From the NCBI GenBank assembly GCA_951406725.2, contig OX597835.1, positions 49,972,001-50,036,000 on the forward strand: a stretch of DNA of 64,000 nucleotides. The letters run 5' to 3'. The position numbers were made by a program, and so were the translations under genes. Shown in pieces: positions 12,467 to 25,100 of this stretch. Under the pieces are notes generated by a model. It had not been told where the DNA came from and ran no database searches. It saw nothing but the letters and a program-made list of their open reading frames with translations. The stretch is from Octopus vulgaris (Eukaryota). The first letter of the stretch is position 1. The number at the start of each line of letters is the position of its first letter.

Positions 12467-13595
12467 CTAAACAAAAAAGTTGAATGTCAAAATGATTCTG
12501 AGAGGCAAAAGTGACATCCACAGCACCACAAAGGCAATACTGACTGCCACAAAATTGAAATCCAAGCGAACTACATCCTTTTTTTAAAAAACTGAACCAT
12601 CTTTTATACTCTAACGGTAAGTCTTTATCAAAATGTACTCACACCCAACTAAAACATCATCAATCTCTAAGTGTGGAAGAACAATGACTGTTGCACTCTG
12701 ATGAAAATCACACCCTGTTCATCACCTCCATTGTGCCAACCAACAGAATCTGTGGCTGTCCAGATCTAGACTGGACAGTGGATAGAATGTAACACATCCA
12801 GAGTGGTGTACAGCATCCCAGATGATTCATCACTGTATGATGGAGTGTTGTGATGCAATAGCGTCGTCCTCAGCCAGGCAGAGACATGGAATAACCAGAA
12901 TGGTGGATTTGAAAGACTGATTGATCAGGAATGACCTGCAGTTCCACACAACCAGCTAAAACATCATGGATTTCTAAGGTTGGAAGAAAGCCTCAGGTGT
13001 CACACAAGAGACTGAATCTGGAACCATGTGATTGCAAAACAATTCTTCACTACACAGCCACACCTGTGAAACATTATCAACATAGGTGAAGAGAAAAACA
13101 TGGTAAGAGAAATTATAATATTGAAATGAAAACACAATAGATTTTGATTACCCGTTATCTTCATTGATAACAAATGAATGAACTAAATTTTACTCAAAAC
13201 AGCAATTAATGGCAACATATGACCAACATAATCTTAATTTAAAGAGTTCCTAGCTTATTTTCTTTCAAATTACGTTTATTAGTCTCTTTAAGGAATCTTC
13301 CACTAGAAGATTACACCTTAAGTAAAATGCTAACTGCAGAGCATTATGAGGGTCAGCTGTAAAGTTCAAATGCTGACCAAGATGCTCTCATGGAAACTGA
13401 CCAAATGAGGTCTACTTTTCAGACAGTCTCGCCTTGCAGTCCACACACTTCTTCCATCAATCAGTGTGGCGGAGCTTGGCAGACAGTTAAACATATTTTA
13501 CAAAATGTATTCTAGCGCTTTAGCAGTCAACAGATTTATTGTAGTTTCATAAAAGAAACATCATAATAATAATAATGACAACAACATTCACTAAC

Positions 13596-13771
13596 CTCTC
13601 TTGAGAAAGCTGTAAAGGCATCAGATAAGAAGTCTATTCTTTCTTCAATGGTCTGCATGTCTGGTTCTTGGGATTCTAAATCAGAAGATGAACTGTCGAC
13701 GCTGGAAGGACGTTTCACCCTTTTTAATGGCTGCTGACCATTATCATTTGCCTTGCGGCGTTTTTTATTTT
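13596..13771 (-). CDS. SMARCAD1: SMARCAD1 coding exon 4 (start of CUE-like domain 2)
   Basis: TTCTTAAG| acceptor, GAG|GTTAGT donor; 176 nt, phase 1 to 0; ...IEERIDFLSDAFTAFSRE. Confidence 0.85.
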
Positions 13772-14265
13772 CTTAAGAAAAAAGAGAATTTTTATTATAG
13801 AACTCAGAAAAAATACCCCCCCCCCCCCAAAAAAAAAAGAAAAAAGAAATACAATCAATATCTGAAATGGAATTGTTAATAACATAATACATTTTTTTCA
13901 CCCTTTTCTACAATTGCCAATGGCCCCAGTGCACTGATTTTGCTAAGAACCCTTATAGAGTCACCCCAAAATCACAGAATCCATACTAAATATTGGATTT
14001 AACTTTCAGCTTAGCCGGCTGAAGCCTAGAGCCTCAAAATCGAGAGAGCCCTCAAACCAAAGATCTATTTCAGACAAAGTCAGGTGCTTTTTTGTAAGGG
14101 GGTATCAAAAGTGAAAGAGACTGAAACCCCTCTTCATCTAAATCAGCCACTTCCCAAACCTATATTTTACAGACAATCTCCTTCACCCTAATTTCAATAA
14201 AACATTATATAAAACAGAGATTGTTGTAGAGACAGAATTTGTTTATTCATATATCTAAATAATAG

Positions 14266-14670
14266 GTACAGGTGTGGTTAAGTCTGCTTCCCAACCACAT
14301 GGTTCTGGGTTCAGTCCCACTGCATGGCACCTTGGGCAAGTGTCTTCTGCTATAGCCTTGGGCCAACCAAAGCCTTGTGAGTGCATTTGGTAGACGGAAA
14401 CTGAAAGAAGCCTCTCATATACATACATACACGTGCACATAAATCAACATGTGCTTCTTCGTGCTTGCCTCCACCACCACCACTTGACAACCAGTGTTGG
14501 TTTGTTTATGTACCTGCAAATTAGCAGTCCAGAAAAAGGGACCAAGAGAAAAATACCAGGTTTAAAATTTTAAAAATAAGTACTGGGGTTGATTTGTTCA
14601 ACTAGAATTCTTTAAAGTGGTGCCCCAGCATGGCCACAGTCTAATAACTGAAACAAGTAAAAGATAAAGA
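14266..14670 (+). mobile_element. tRNA-derived SINE, family A
   Basis: Colinear with 33486-33868. Confidence 0.8.
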
Positions 14671-15076
14671 AAGAAAATAATTTAATTTGAAATGGGGAGT
14701 TCTTTTTTTTTTTCCATAAAATTAATTCTGTTTTAGTGAAAGAACCCTTATCAGATTGAACCACAATTTTTTTTCCATGAAACCCACTTTTGAAAAACAC
14801 TGGTTTAATAGAGAAAAGCAGCATACCCTCACTATAGAAATAAGGGTTCCTATATCAGATTTAGCTGAAATTAATGCATGCAAGATTGCAAAACTCTAGT
14901 ATTATTCCTTTGTAGTCAGCCGATGAACATTTCAGCAAACTTTCTACATCAAATACCAGGCTTGGAAAAGAAACAAAAAGCCGCGGTCAATTTGTTTGAC
15001 TAAATCCCTGAAGCTAGAGTCTCAGCATGAAACAAGTAAAAGAATAAAACAATATTACGTAAGGATCAGCACTTAC

Positions 15077-15324
15077 TGATTGGGTCAGCAGCTATCATAC
15101 TGTTGATAGCATCATCTAAATTCTTGCTATTGTTGAGCACTTCCCCAAGTTCATCACGGGTTTTGTGTGGATATAACAAAACAAGGGTGTTCAGCTCAGC
15201 GACCCTGGCCTTTTCTCGGTTAGATTCTGCTTTGGGAACTGTCGTATAATGTCCTTTGTCATCATCATCGTCTGAATTGTCATCAGATACTGGGCGTTTG
15301 AATCTTCTTTTCTTTACTGGTTTC
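15077..15324 (-). CDS. SMARCAD1: SMARCAD1 coding exon 3 (CUE-like domain 1)
   Basis: Poly-T+CTCAG| acceptor, |GTAAGT donor; 248 nt, phase 2 to 1; ELNTLVLLYPHKTRDELGEVLNNSKNLDDAINSM fits the CUE pattern. Confidence 0.85.
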
Positions 15325-15439
15325 CTGAGAAAAAAAAACCATTGGAAGAGAAGGGTTAAATGAAATACAGGCATCCCGTGTGTTATGGCTATCACAGGTT
15401 ATGGAATTTTGCACTTGCATAAATTGTAGAGTATAACCA

Positions 15440-17632
15440 TTAATTTCAGGATACTGCGTGAAATTTCACTCTCACAGAAACTCGTTCTGTGTAATTTGAT
15501 GACACCTTCTTGCACAATACCCTCTCGACAAATGACACGGACCTTCTCTTTGTAGCTGGCAACTTCAATGGGCATGTTGGACAACATGCAGGGGGGTTCC
15601 TTGATATACATGGAGGCTATGGTTTTGGCTCCCCCAATGAGGAGGGAACCAGGCTGCTGGAGTTCTGTGATCTTATGGTTTGTGATACTAACTTCAGTAA
15701 ACCTGCCAGCCACGGATTCACCGACCGATCTGGTGGACACGCTAGTCAAATTGATTACATCCTTTCCAGGAAACAGGAAAGATGGCTACTTATAAATGCC
15801 AAAGCCTTCCCAGGTGAAGAATGCACCAGGGCTAAATAGACGCCCAGAAGATGGCCAGCATAGAGAAGAATGGTCTGGAGGCTTAAAGATCCTGTGAATG
15901 GACAGAGATTTAGGGAGGTATTACTCGAAGTTTTTGACAAAATAGAGGGGGATATAACATTACATGATGTGGAAAACAACTGGGGGTTTCTATGGGACAA
16001 CTTGTTGAGGGCTACTGACCAGATCTGTGGCAGGTGCAAAGTCCCCTCTTGACTAAAAGTAACATGGTGATGGAATGTAGTTGAAAGGGCCATTAAAGAA
16101 AAGAGACATGGAAGGACTGGAAGAATGGTGGTAGCAGGGAATTGTATCAGATTGCCAGAAGGGAAGCTAGAAGACAGATTTACTTAGTCAGGGAGGAAGC
16201 AGATAAGAAAAAATTTGCCAATGTTCTGCGTTGTGAGGACCAAAAACTTGAAGTGTTTCATTTTGCAAGATAGTGTGTGAGAGAGAATTGTGATGTTGTA
16301 GGAGAGAAATGTGTCCGCATGGATGATAGCTCACTTGCATTTAATGAGGCAGCAAAGAGAGGGATTTGGAGACACCAATGTGAATGGTTGCTAAATGAAG
16401 AGAATGAATGGTAGAAAGTGAGCCTGCCAAATGTCGACCCAAAATTCCACAACTCTAGCATTATTCCTTGACAGTACCTAGGTAGATAAAGCAATTAAGG
16501 GTATGAAAACAGGGAAAGCTCCTAGCCCATCAGGAATTACTGCAGAGATGCTTAAAATATCTGGTAGTATCGGCTATAGCCTAGTCACCCATATAGTTAA
16601 CCAGGTGATACACGAAGGAGTCATACCCAATGACTGGTGTAGCAGCACCACAGTCAACTGCTACAAGGGTAAAGGTGACACATTAGATACAAATAATTAC
16701 AGAGGTATCAAATTGTTGGATCAGGTGATGAAAGTCACGGAGAGGGTCATAGCCCAACTAATTAGGGAGAGAGTCAGTCAAGACAAGATGCAGTTTGGGT
16801 TTGTGCCAGAGAAAAGCACCACTGATGCTATATTTCTGGTAAGATAGCTGCAGAAGGAATACCTAGCCAAAGAAAAACCTCTGTACTTGGATTTTGTTGA
16901 CATGGAGAAAGCCTTTGACAGGGTCCCCTGATCCCTTATTGGGTGGTTAATGAGGAAACTAGGGATAGATGAGTGGTTGGTGAGAGCTGTACAAGCCATG
17001 TACAGGGATGTTGTCAGTAAGGTGAGGGTTGGTAACGAGTACAGTGAAGAATTCCGAGTTGGGGTAGGGGTCCACCAAGGATCAGTCCTCAGCTCCCTCT
17101 TAATCATCATAGTCCTCTAGGCAATAACAGAGGAATTCAAGACAGGATACCCCTGGGAGCTCCTCTATGCTGACGACTTTCCTCTAATTGCTGAGTCACT
17201 ATCAGAACTAGAGGAGAAGTTTCAGGTGTGAAAGCAAGGTCTAGAATCGAAGGGCCTTAGAGACAAGATAGCAAAAATCAAAGTCTTAATAAGTAGGAAG
17301 GCAGACAAACCACAAATCCCTTCAGGTAGATGGCCCTGCTCAATCTGTAGAAAAGATGTAGATAGAAACTCCATAAGATGTACCTGGTGTAAGCTATGGA
17401 CACATAAGAGGTGCAGCAATATCAAAGGAGGGCTAACTTGGAAGACAGATTTTATGTGTGGCAAATGCTCAGGGGCAATGAACACTGAAAATGTACAGAA
17501 AACAGCCTCCATCACATTCCAGGGGAAGAAACTACAAGTAGTCAATAGCTTCTGTTACCTAGGTGACCAAGTCAGTAGCAGGGGCGGTTGCTCTGAGAGT
17601 GTAGCTGCTAGAATAAGAATAGCCTGGGCAAA
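15440..17632 (+). mobile_element. RTE LINE, same family as 1064-3555, degenerate (endonuclease end + RT + PHD)
   Basis: AGNFNGHVG and SQIDYIL endonuclease motifs, then an RT with many stops; nucleotide sequence colinear with the reverse complement of ~1930-3555. Confidence 0.92.
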
Positions 17633-17693
17633 GTCCAGAGCACAACAGTTGGAAAGAATAAAAACAAGGTTCATTTAGTGTTTGGAGAATCAC

Positions 17694-17764
<71 letters not shown>

Positions 17765-18190
17765 CAAAATGAACTGCAGGGAATGATGAGAATTGAGTGA
17801 GATGATGGATGAAGGGGAAATAAATGGGATGAAATGGCTGAATCATGTGCAGAGGAAGGCTGAAAATGAAATGAGGGAAAGTAGAAGAGGGGTGAAAATG
17901 AAGGAGGAAGAAATGCAGGCAAGGGGCCTGGTAAGGAGACTTGTAGGGGACAGAATAGAATGGATGATGCTGACGTAGGGTTCATAAGATTGACCCATTT
18001 TAACCAGGGAAATGACTTGTCGTCATCGTTTTACATTTAGCCAAATATTTCAACAATTTTAAGGAGCTTGTCTTCACAACCCATTTGGAATTTAAATGCA
18101 ACCCCATTTAGAGGGAAAAGAATCTGTTGCTCTAGATTGACACAGAAACAGGGCCTTTTGAGGAGTTATTTTTATTAAATGACATCTTAC

Positions 18191-18386
18191 TTGATCCTTT
18201 TCTTCTTCCGAACGTAGCCATTTGTCTTCTTGCCAGACCAGTCCTGATGTTCATCACTGTCCCAGTCACTCTCCTTATCTGAATCCTTCATGAAGTCAGA
18301 CAAAGAATCAGCATCGTTGGTAGTTTTCTCATTACCTGTCTCATCAGAGACCGGGGACGGCTTACCTGATTTAGAAGTTTCTGTTT
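18191..18386 (-). CDS. SMARCAD1: SMARCAD1 coding exon 2 (acidic/basic low-complexity)
   Basis: Acceptor TTACAG|, donor CAA|GTAAGA; 196 nt, phase 1 to 2; open frame ETETSKSGKPSPVSDE...WDSDEHQDWSGKKTNGYVRKKKRI. Not in the ORF track. Confidence 0.8.
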
Positions 18387-18814
18387 CTGTAATAAATCAG
18401 AAATTGAAATAACATGAAATAAAGAGAGAGAAAAAAAAAAGATTTCCTCTTATTCAAAGTATTAATGCAATCACAAAACACAGTTTATGAATTAACTTAA
18501 TTCACAACATAAAAAGGAACATTTCTAAAATTTACTATCAGGTTGGAAAGAAAGTTCTGTCACATTTCAAGACAAGGAGAAAAAAGAAAAACAATTGCTT
18601 CTTTGGATGCTTACCAAAAAACTTATATTCAGATTAGAATGAACTTACACCCAAATGTTAAGAGCAGTCTTAAAACATCACACAAATGTCAAGGAAACCA
18701 AATCCATGTCTTTCAACCAATCAAGTGATGCTGAGTGATTCCAAACTGAAAGTTGCTGAAGACTTCAAGATGAGGAAGACACAAGCATGGACAGCCAGTC
18801 ACATGCAACTGTCG

Positions 18815-19135
18815 AATCAGAGCCATTTTATGGCAGTGAAACATGGACACTGACAAAGAAATTATCAACTGGGATAAATGAATGCTACTTAAGGATGCTA
18901 CGAATGGCCCTTAAATGTGAAATTGCAGCAACATATGACAAATGAATGCTTTTATGGAGACCTGCTGAAGGTTTGCAAGAAGATCAGGCAAAGACGGCTG
19001 TGACTATCTGGTCAGCGTGTGCACCATCCTGAGCGGATAGCATCCAAGTTAGGTTTGTGGAAGCTGCTTCATGGTGCTATAGGAGGAGGAAAATGTCACA
19101 CTTACATCAACAACTTGATTACGGACAATCCAGGA
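18815..19135 (+). mobile_element. Degenerate RTE-X-like LINE fragment
   Basis: YGSETWTLTK... reading at ~18829, similar to the 39202 element. Confidence 0.6.
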
Positions 19136-22100
19136 GCTCGAGAAAGTGAGGATGGACCAATAAGTGTGGTGAGTGGACATTGTAGCTGCAGCCCAGTTGG
19201 AACCCAGTATAATAATAAAATAAACATATCTTGGAGAACTCATTCCATCAAGAGACAGCTATATAGAAATCCCTTTCCAGGACATTGCTGACAAGCTGAA
19301 CAAGAGCTGGCAAGTGACCGACAGCTATGGATGCCAAAGCATGGCCATACTGGAGATGGACATCCAAATACAAAATATGTAGACCCAACTCAACAGAGAC
19401 ACTGGAAGCCTCCCTGAAGACCTCCCTCAACCAATACAGGACTGAGGGGGATGGCATGCATGGGTTAAAAATGTCCGAGCAAGCTCGACCAGATGATAGG
19501 GAATCAAGGGATTTCCCTTCATATTGAGAACATAATCCCTATTTATCTAGCAAACTTGGTCACTCCGAGTGTAAAATTTTTCCAGTATCAAAGCAAAGAA
19601 ATAATACCATTTCTAACTCCTTCACTGTTGATAATCTGTTGCAAGGATTCTGAAAAGAAGGGGGGTCAAGATGGATTAAAGTCTGGAGGAAGAAGCAAAA
19701 CTTCAGATGACTGACCTATCATGGGTACATTTTCTGCAAATTTTGGGGCAATTCTTCCAATTTATGACAATACTTCTCCATATTAACTGTTTCATTTAGG
19801 TTTAATACTCACTTAATGACAGATTACACCTTCCGTCATCCCACCAAACACAGAGCACAACAATTTTTCAGGTGTAGTCCTGGTTTGGAGATGGACTCTC
19901 TTTTATCATTGGTTGCTAACCATTATTGTTTTCATTGGATACAATTATAGAGAACCTACTTGACATCACTTGCAATGATTCTACTCAAGGAAGGTTCAGC
20001 AATAAGTTTACCCTTCAACAACAAGCAGAAGAATAACTTTTTGATTCATCTCAGAAGCAGTCAGATGATGAGGAGGGGACCTTCTCACTCTTCCTCTTTT
20101 ATGAAAGTGCTTTATTATTACAGTGTGACTGAAATCTATCTATTTTGTTAATTCTCACACAACTTACTTTGGATTTTCCCCAAGAATGGTTTTCTAGAAG
20201 CTCAACATTGACAGAACTTAGTTGTTCAAATTAAGGGGTTGCTGCAACAGAAATATTTCCCAAGCAAATCTGGTATGTCTGGACACTTAAGCTTCATTTT
20301 CATAAACAGAATAAATATTCCTTGCAGTGTCGGACATGGATCCAAGTTAAACTCCTTTTAACTCTTTCGGAATCAGATTACTTTGTCTAATGTAATGTTT
20401 TTTTTTTATTCACTTTGCTTTGAATTAATCATGTGTTATCACAGCTTCAAGATTTCAATGATGTAACTGTTTTATTTATAGAAAGGCATTGTAGGATATG
20501 TGTGAGAGGCTGGATCTGGCCAGTTTGAACATAAAACAGGTAGAATTGTTGGGTCAGATACAGCCAGTGTGAATGCTAAACGGTTAAAAGGGTAAAACTG
20601 ACACAAATCTAACCACGATGGCACAAGATAATTTGCAAAGAAAAAAATATTTCAGAATGTAAAAATCAATCCTTATTTTACCAAAAGTACTGAAGAGGCA
20701 CCTTAAAGTGATCATGCCAAAAATGTGACAAGACTTTCTTTCCAATCTAAAACTTTTATATATCCGTATATAAGTAGCACCCAGTACAGGCTGTAAAGTG
20801 GTCGGCATAAGGAAGGGCATCCAGCTGTAAAAATCATGCTAAAACAGAGCTTTCTAGTGCCAAGTGAAAATCCACTCAGTAAAGTAGGTGCAAAGAAAGG
20901 CATCCAACAGCAAAAACCATGCCAAAATAGACAGTGGAGTTTGATGCAGTCTTGTGGTTTACAAGTTCCTGTCAAACCATCCAATTTATGCCAGTATGGA
21001 AAATGGACACTAAATGATGTTAACAATGTGAATGAATAAGCATCGTATTTGGTAGACTTATCTGAATGATAAAGGATTAATACACAATAAAAGAATTAGA
21101 TCAAGAACAATCTTATTACTTAGGATCAGGAATGAACTGATTGTCATAAAGGAAAGAAAAGGCTAAGAAATATTACAGATGCTTCAGATTAACCTAACTA
21201 AATACCAAACATAACTAGAACTCCAGGTGCTACACATTTTTGCCAGGTATCAAACTCATTAGCTAAATGCTGTAAGATGGCATGGATCAGCCAAGCTTTA
21301 CCTGCTAGAAATAGCAACCCAAATGCTTTTAAATTAGATCCTAATGCTGGATGTTCAAGAACCAAATGACAGGCAGATTTTCAATCCCAGGATCATCATC
21401 ATCATTGTTTAATGTCCGTTTTCCATGCTGGCATAGGTTGGACGGTTTGAATTGGGACTGGCAAGCCAGGAGGTTGCACCAGGCTCCAATCTGATCAGGC
21501 AATGTTTCTACAGCTGGTTGCCCTTTCTAATGCCAACCACTTCGAGAGTGTAGTGGGTACTTTTTACATGCCATTGGCATGGGAGCCAGTCAGGTGGGCC
21601 TGGCATCAATCACGTTTGGATCGTGCTTTTTATGTGTCACTGGCATGGGAGCCAGTCAGGGGGGACTGGCATTGGCCAAGTTCAGATGGTGCTTATAGGT
21701 AAAATAATTAATAAAAAGATGGAGAAAAATGTATGAAACAGCAAAAAATATATTATAAAGTTTATAAGTCAGGACTTGTAGAGCAAATATAGACTGAGAC
21801 ACAGGGTTCCCAGACACAGAATTTTGCTTAGGCCCACCTGACTGGTTCTTATGATGGTGGCACGTAAAAAGCACCCACAACACTCTCAGAGTATTTGGCA
21901 TTAGGAAGGGCATCCAGCTTTAGAAACATTGCCAAATCAGATTGGAGCCTGGTACAGCCACTAGCTCTCCAGACCTCAGTCAAACCATCCAACCCATGCC
22001 AGCATGGACAATGGACGTTAAACAATGATGATGAAGCTATCTTCTTTTGTCAACCTACCCAGGTGTTGGGTGTATGTTTTCCCAAGCTAATAATATTTGG

Positions 22101-23439
22101 GGAAAGAGTTATTGCTCCTCACAGGAATACTAATATTGCTGTTGTTGTGGTTTATAACACTCATGTGTTTACAGTATTTGGGATTCTTGGATGAAGGTAC
22201 TGGTTTAAAGAAGCCAAAGATGTCAATATCAATTAATCAAATTAAGCCAAAGTTCTGGACAGGTACCATATCGACCCCAGCAGGATAACAAGTAAAGTTA
22301 ACCTTGGCGGAATTTAAACAGAGAGTGTAAAAGGTCAGTCAAATGGTCAAGTAACTATGAAAGAAATAAGCAGACGCCTGACTGTGTGGTTAAGAAGCTC
22401 GCTTCCCAACCACGTGATATTAGGTTCAGTCCCACTGTGCAGTATCTTGGGCAAGTGTCCTGTACTATAGCCCCAGGCTGAAAAAAACCTTGAGAGGATT
22501 TGGTAGACAGAAACTGAAAGTTCACCATGTGTGTAATTGTGCATAGCCTTGTCTTGATATCACATGATGTTTGTTAACAAGCATCACTGTGATACAAGCA
22601 GTGTTCGTTTCCAGTCTTTAAAACAGAGAACACATCTGACCATGGGGAAATATTGCTTTGCATGAAAATGGGTGAGGGTTGGCAACAGGAAAGGCATTCA
22701 ACCGTAGAAAATCTGCTTGACTTAATGCAAATAGGAAAAAGGAGATGACGATGATAGACAGGTTTCAATAAAATACCAGAAGCCTGGTATGGACTGACAT
22801 CAGATCTGCAAGTTCAATACCTTATCCACTCTGCCATTTCATCACCTCATAAACACAGATACAGGAATATTTTCTTTTAATATTTCATAATTTAAACCAA
22901 CAATGATTTCTTTTCTTTTATACGGGGGTACTGAATTGTTGTACTGTAGAGGCTTGTGTGCTGCTACGATCTAGTAGGGCCATGCTGGATGGGTGTAAAC
23001 CTACCAGATGGGTCCGTTAGTAACAGCCAGATCAAAGACACTCCATTGTCTAGACTTCAAAAACAGATCAGATGGATGAAGTTACCTAACTCAACAGCTG
23101 TGAAGGAAGATGAAAGCTGCAAGAGATTTGACAACTCCAATTGTTCTGGTTTCCTTCCATTGGGTTCTGTTGTCAGATTTGTGAAGGGCCATGTGCTTCT
23201 TGGAGTGCAACAACAAGTACACATTAAACAACATCACGCACAGGCATCTTTGTTTAAAAAATTAAGTCTTTTGGCAATCAGGAAAGGGCAACCGGAGCAG
23301 ATTAGTGATGGCTGGAAACTCTTTCTCTTTGGCACAGAAGCAAGGAATACTAGATTCAGTCGGTTCAACTTTTTGAAATGAAGCAGAAAAGTTGTTCAGC
23401 AGTGGTATCCTCAACTACACAGACCTCTTTAGGATCTGC

Positions 23440-23945
23440 TCTGCACACCATGAAAACAGGAAGGAGCTAAAAAATAATGTCCAGATGGTTTCACCAACAC
23501 ATGGTCAAAAAGCTACAGAACATGGAATGGATGAACTCAAGCTTAGACAGACCTGAAGGAAGAATTGCCTTTGTAGCTTGTGAATTTTGATATTGTTGCT
23601 CTGAGTGAGACCAGAAGAGCAAAAGAGAAACGTGGTCAACACACCTTCTTTTGTAAAGGTCAAGACTTTGTTCAGAGTCAAGACCCTGAACAACTTAGGA
23701 TCTATGGTGGTGGGGTTGTCATTTGAAACAGCAACCCCTTGGAACTAATGAATGACATATGACACTGATGATTATGCTTGGCAGGAATCAAAACGCCACC
23801 ACCATCGTCAGCACCTATACTCCAACTTTGGATACTGAAGATAAAAGGAAGGAAAACTTCTACGCTCAACTCAATGGTGTACTCATTTCCACTCCAAAAG
23901 ACAAGACTTTTGGTGACTTCAGATTCGAAAGAGATCACAGTAGGC
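23440..23945 (+). mobile_element. Degenerate LINE AP-endonuclease fragment (RTE-like)
   Basis: DIVALSETR at ~23588; TIVSTYTPTL..KENFYAQL...GDF. Confidence 0.7.
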
Positions 23946-24649
23946 ATCACTATGAACTTTTGAAAATATTTAAATCTAATTTCTACTCTATGTTTTCTTG
24001 GAGAGAATTGGAAAAGAAACATTTTGATGCCTCATTTGGGAAATTTGGAAGAATATTTTAGGACTTATGACAATTTGAATGTCCAGAAAATTGGTTGAAG
24101 TCTTATCTAATTAGACTTAAATGAACAATTAGCTATGTTTGTGATGTCATATCTTTGAAACTAAGGTAATAATTATCTTCAAATTACACAAATTAATAGT
24201 GTCCATGGTATAGCAGTTGCCTACTTTTTCAGGTTCTTGAAAATAAAACAGGGATGGTGGGGTGGGCTTTTTAAATATTTATGTAAAGCTTACTTTACAT
24301 AAATATTCTGTGAAACAAGTGTAAGCTTTGCATGTGTTTTCTGACCTAACTAAATCCCAAAGTACAAACCATAGGAACTTAAGTTTAGGCACATTTGTAG
24401 TAGGTATAGAACTAAATAAATCCAGAGACTTTGGGACATGAAACCATCTCAATAAAAGTTTAATGGACTATTAAAAATGGCTGACTAGTGACAGGTCTTT
24501 AGCGATAGACTCTGCTTGAGAAGACCCATCAAACCAAGTGAAATTGTAGTCATGGCCAACACTGGTGTCACATAAAAAGCCCCTTTTGAGCATTGGGCTT
24601 CATAGAGGCAATATAGCCAATGCTGGTGTTGTGTAAATAGCACCAAACC

Positions 24650-25100
24650 GTTTCCTCATAACTTCCAGAAAAATGGATATTTTTTAATGAAATTTTATAC
24701 AAATATGCTTCAATTGATGTAGATTCCCATTATTATCAGAATTTGTTGTGGGAGAGGAATTTCAGAAGATTCACACAAGTCAGCTTTGTTACCTCATAAC
24801 TTTCAACATGAATAAATAAAAAAAATTGTTAGCCATGAAACTTGAAATTTCGGAAAGAATTGTGATGTCTTAAAATATGTGTGCGTGCTCACCAGTTTTC
24901 TGTTAATGGTAATTTACACATTCTGAAACGCATTTTTAAAAAATTTCATCAAAATATCTCCATCTTTCTGAAAGTTAGGAAGAAGCAAAGTTGACTTGTG
25001 TGAATTTTCCGAAACTTCTATCCCTATCCCATGGAAAATTTTTTCACATCAAATTTCAATACAATTGGAATGTAAATCATCTGAAGGGTATTTGTAAAAC
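24650..25100. repeat. Degenerate nested inverted-repeat element
   Basis: ATTCACACAAGTCAGCTTTG (~24768) vs CAAAGTTGACTTGTGTGAAT (~24986); CATAACTTCCAGAAAAATGGA vs TCCATCTTTCTGAAAGTTA. Confidence 0.6.

Noticed and set aside
19250-19490. Possible GIY-YIG C-terminal remnant (ILEMDIQ...LNRDTG)
   Set aside because: Only a short motif interrupted by a stop; cannot be supported without a search.
22956-23381. 141-aa ORF
   Set aside because: No recognisable motif; it lies directly upstream of a LINE endonuclease remnant and is probably that element's 5' region.
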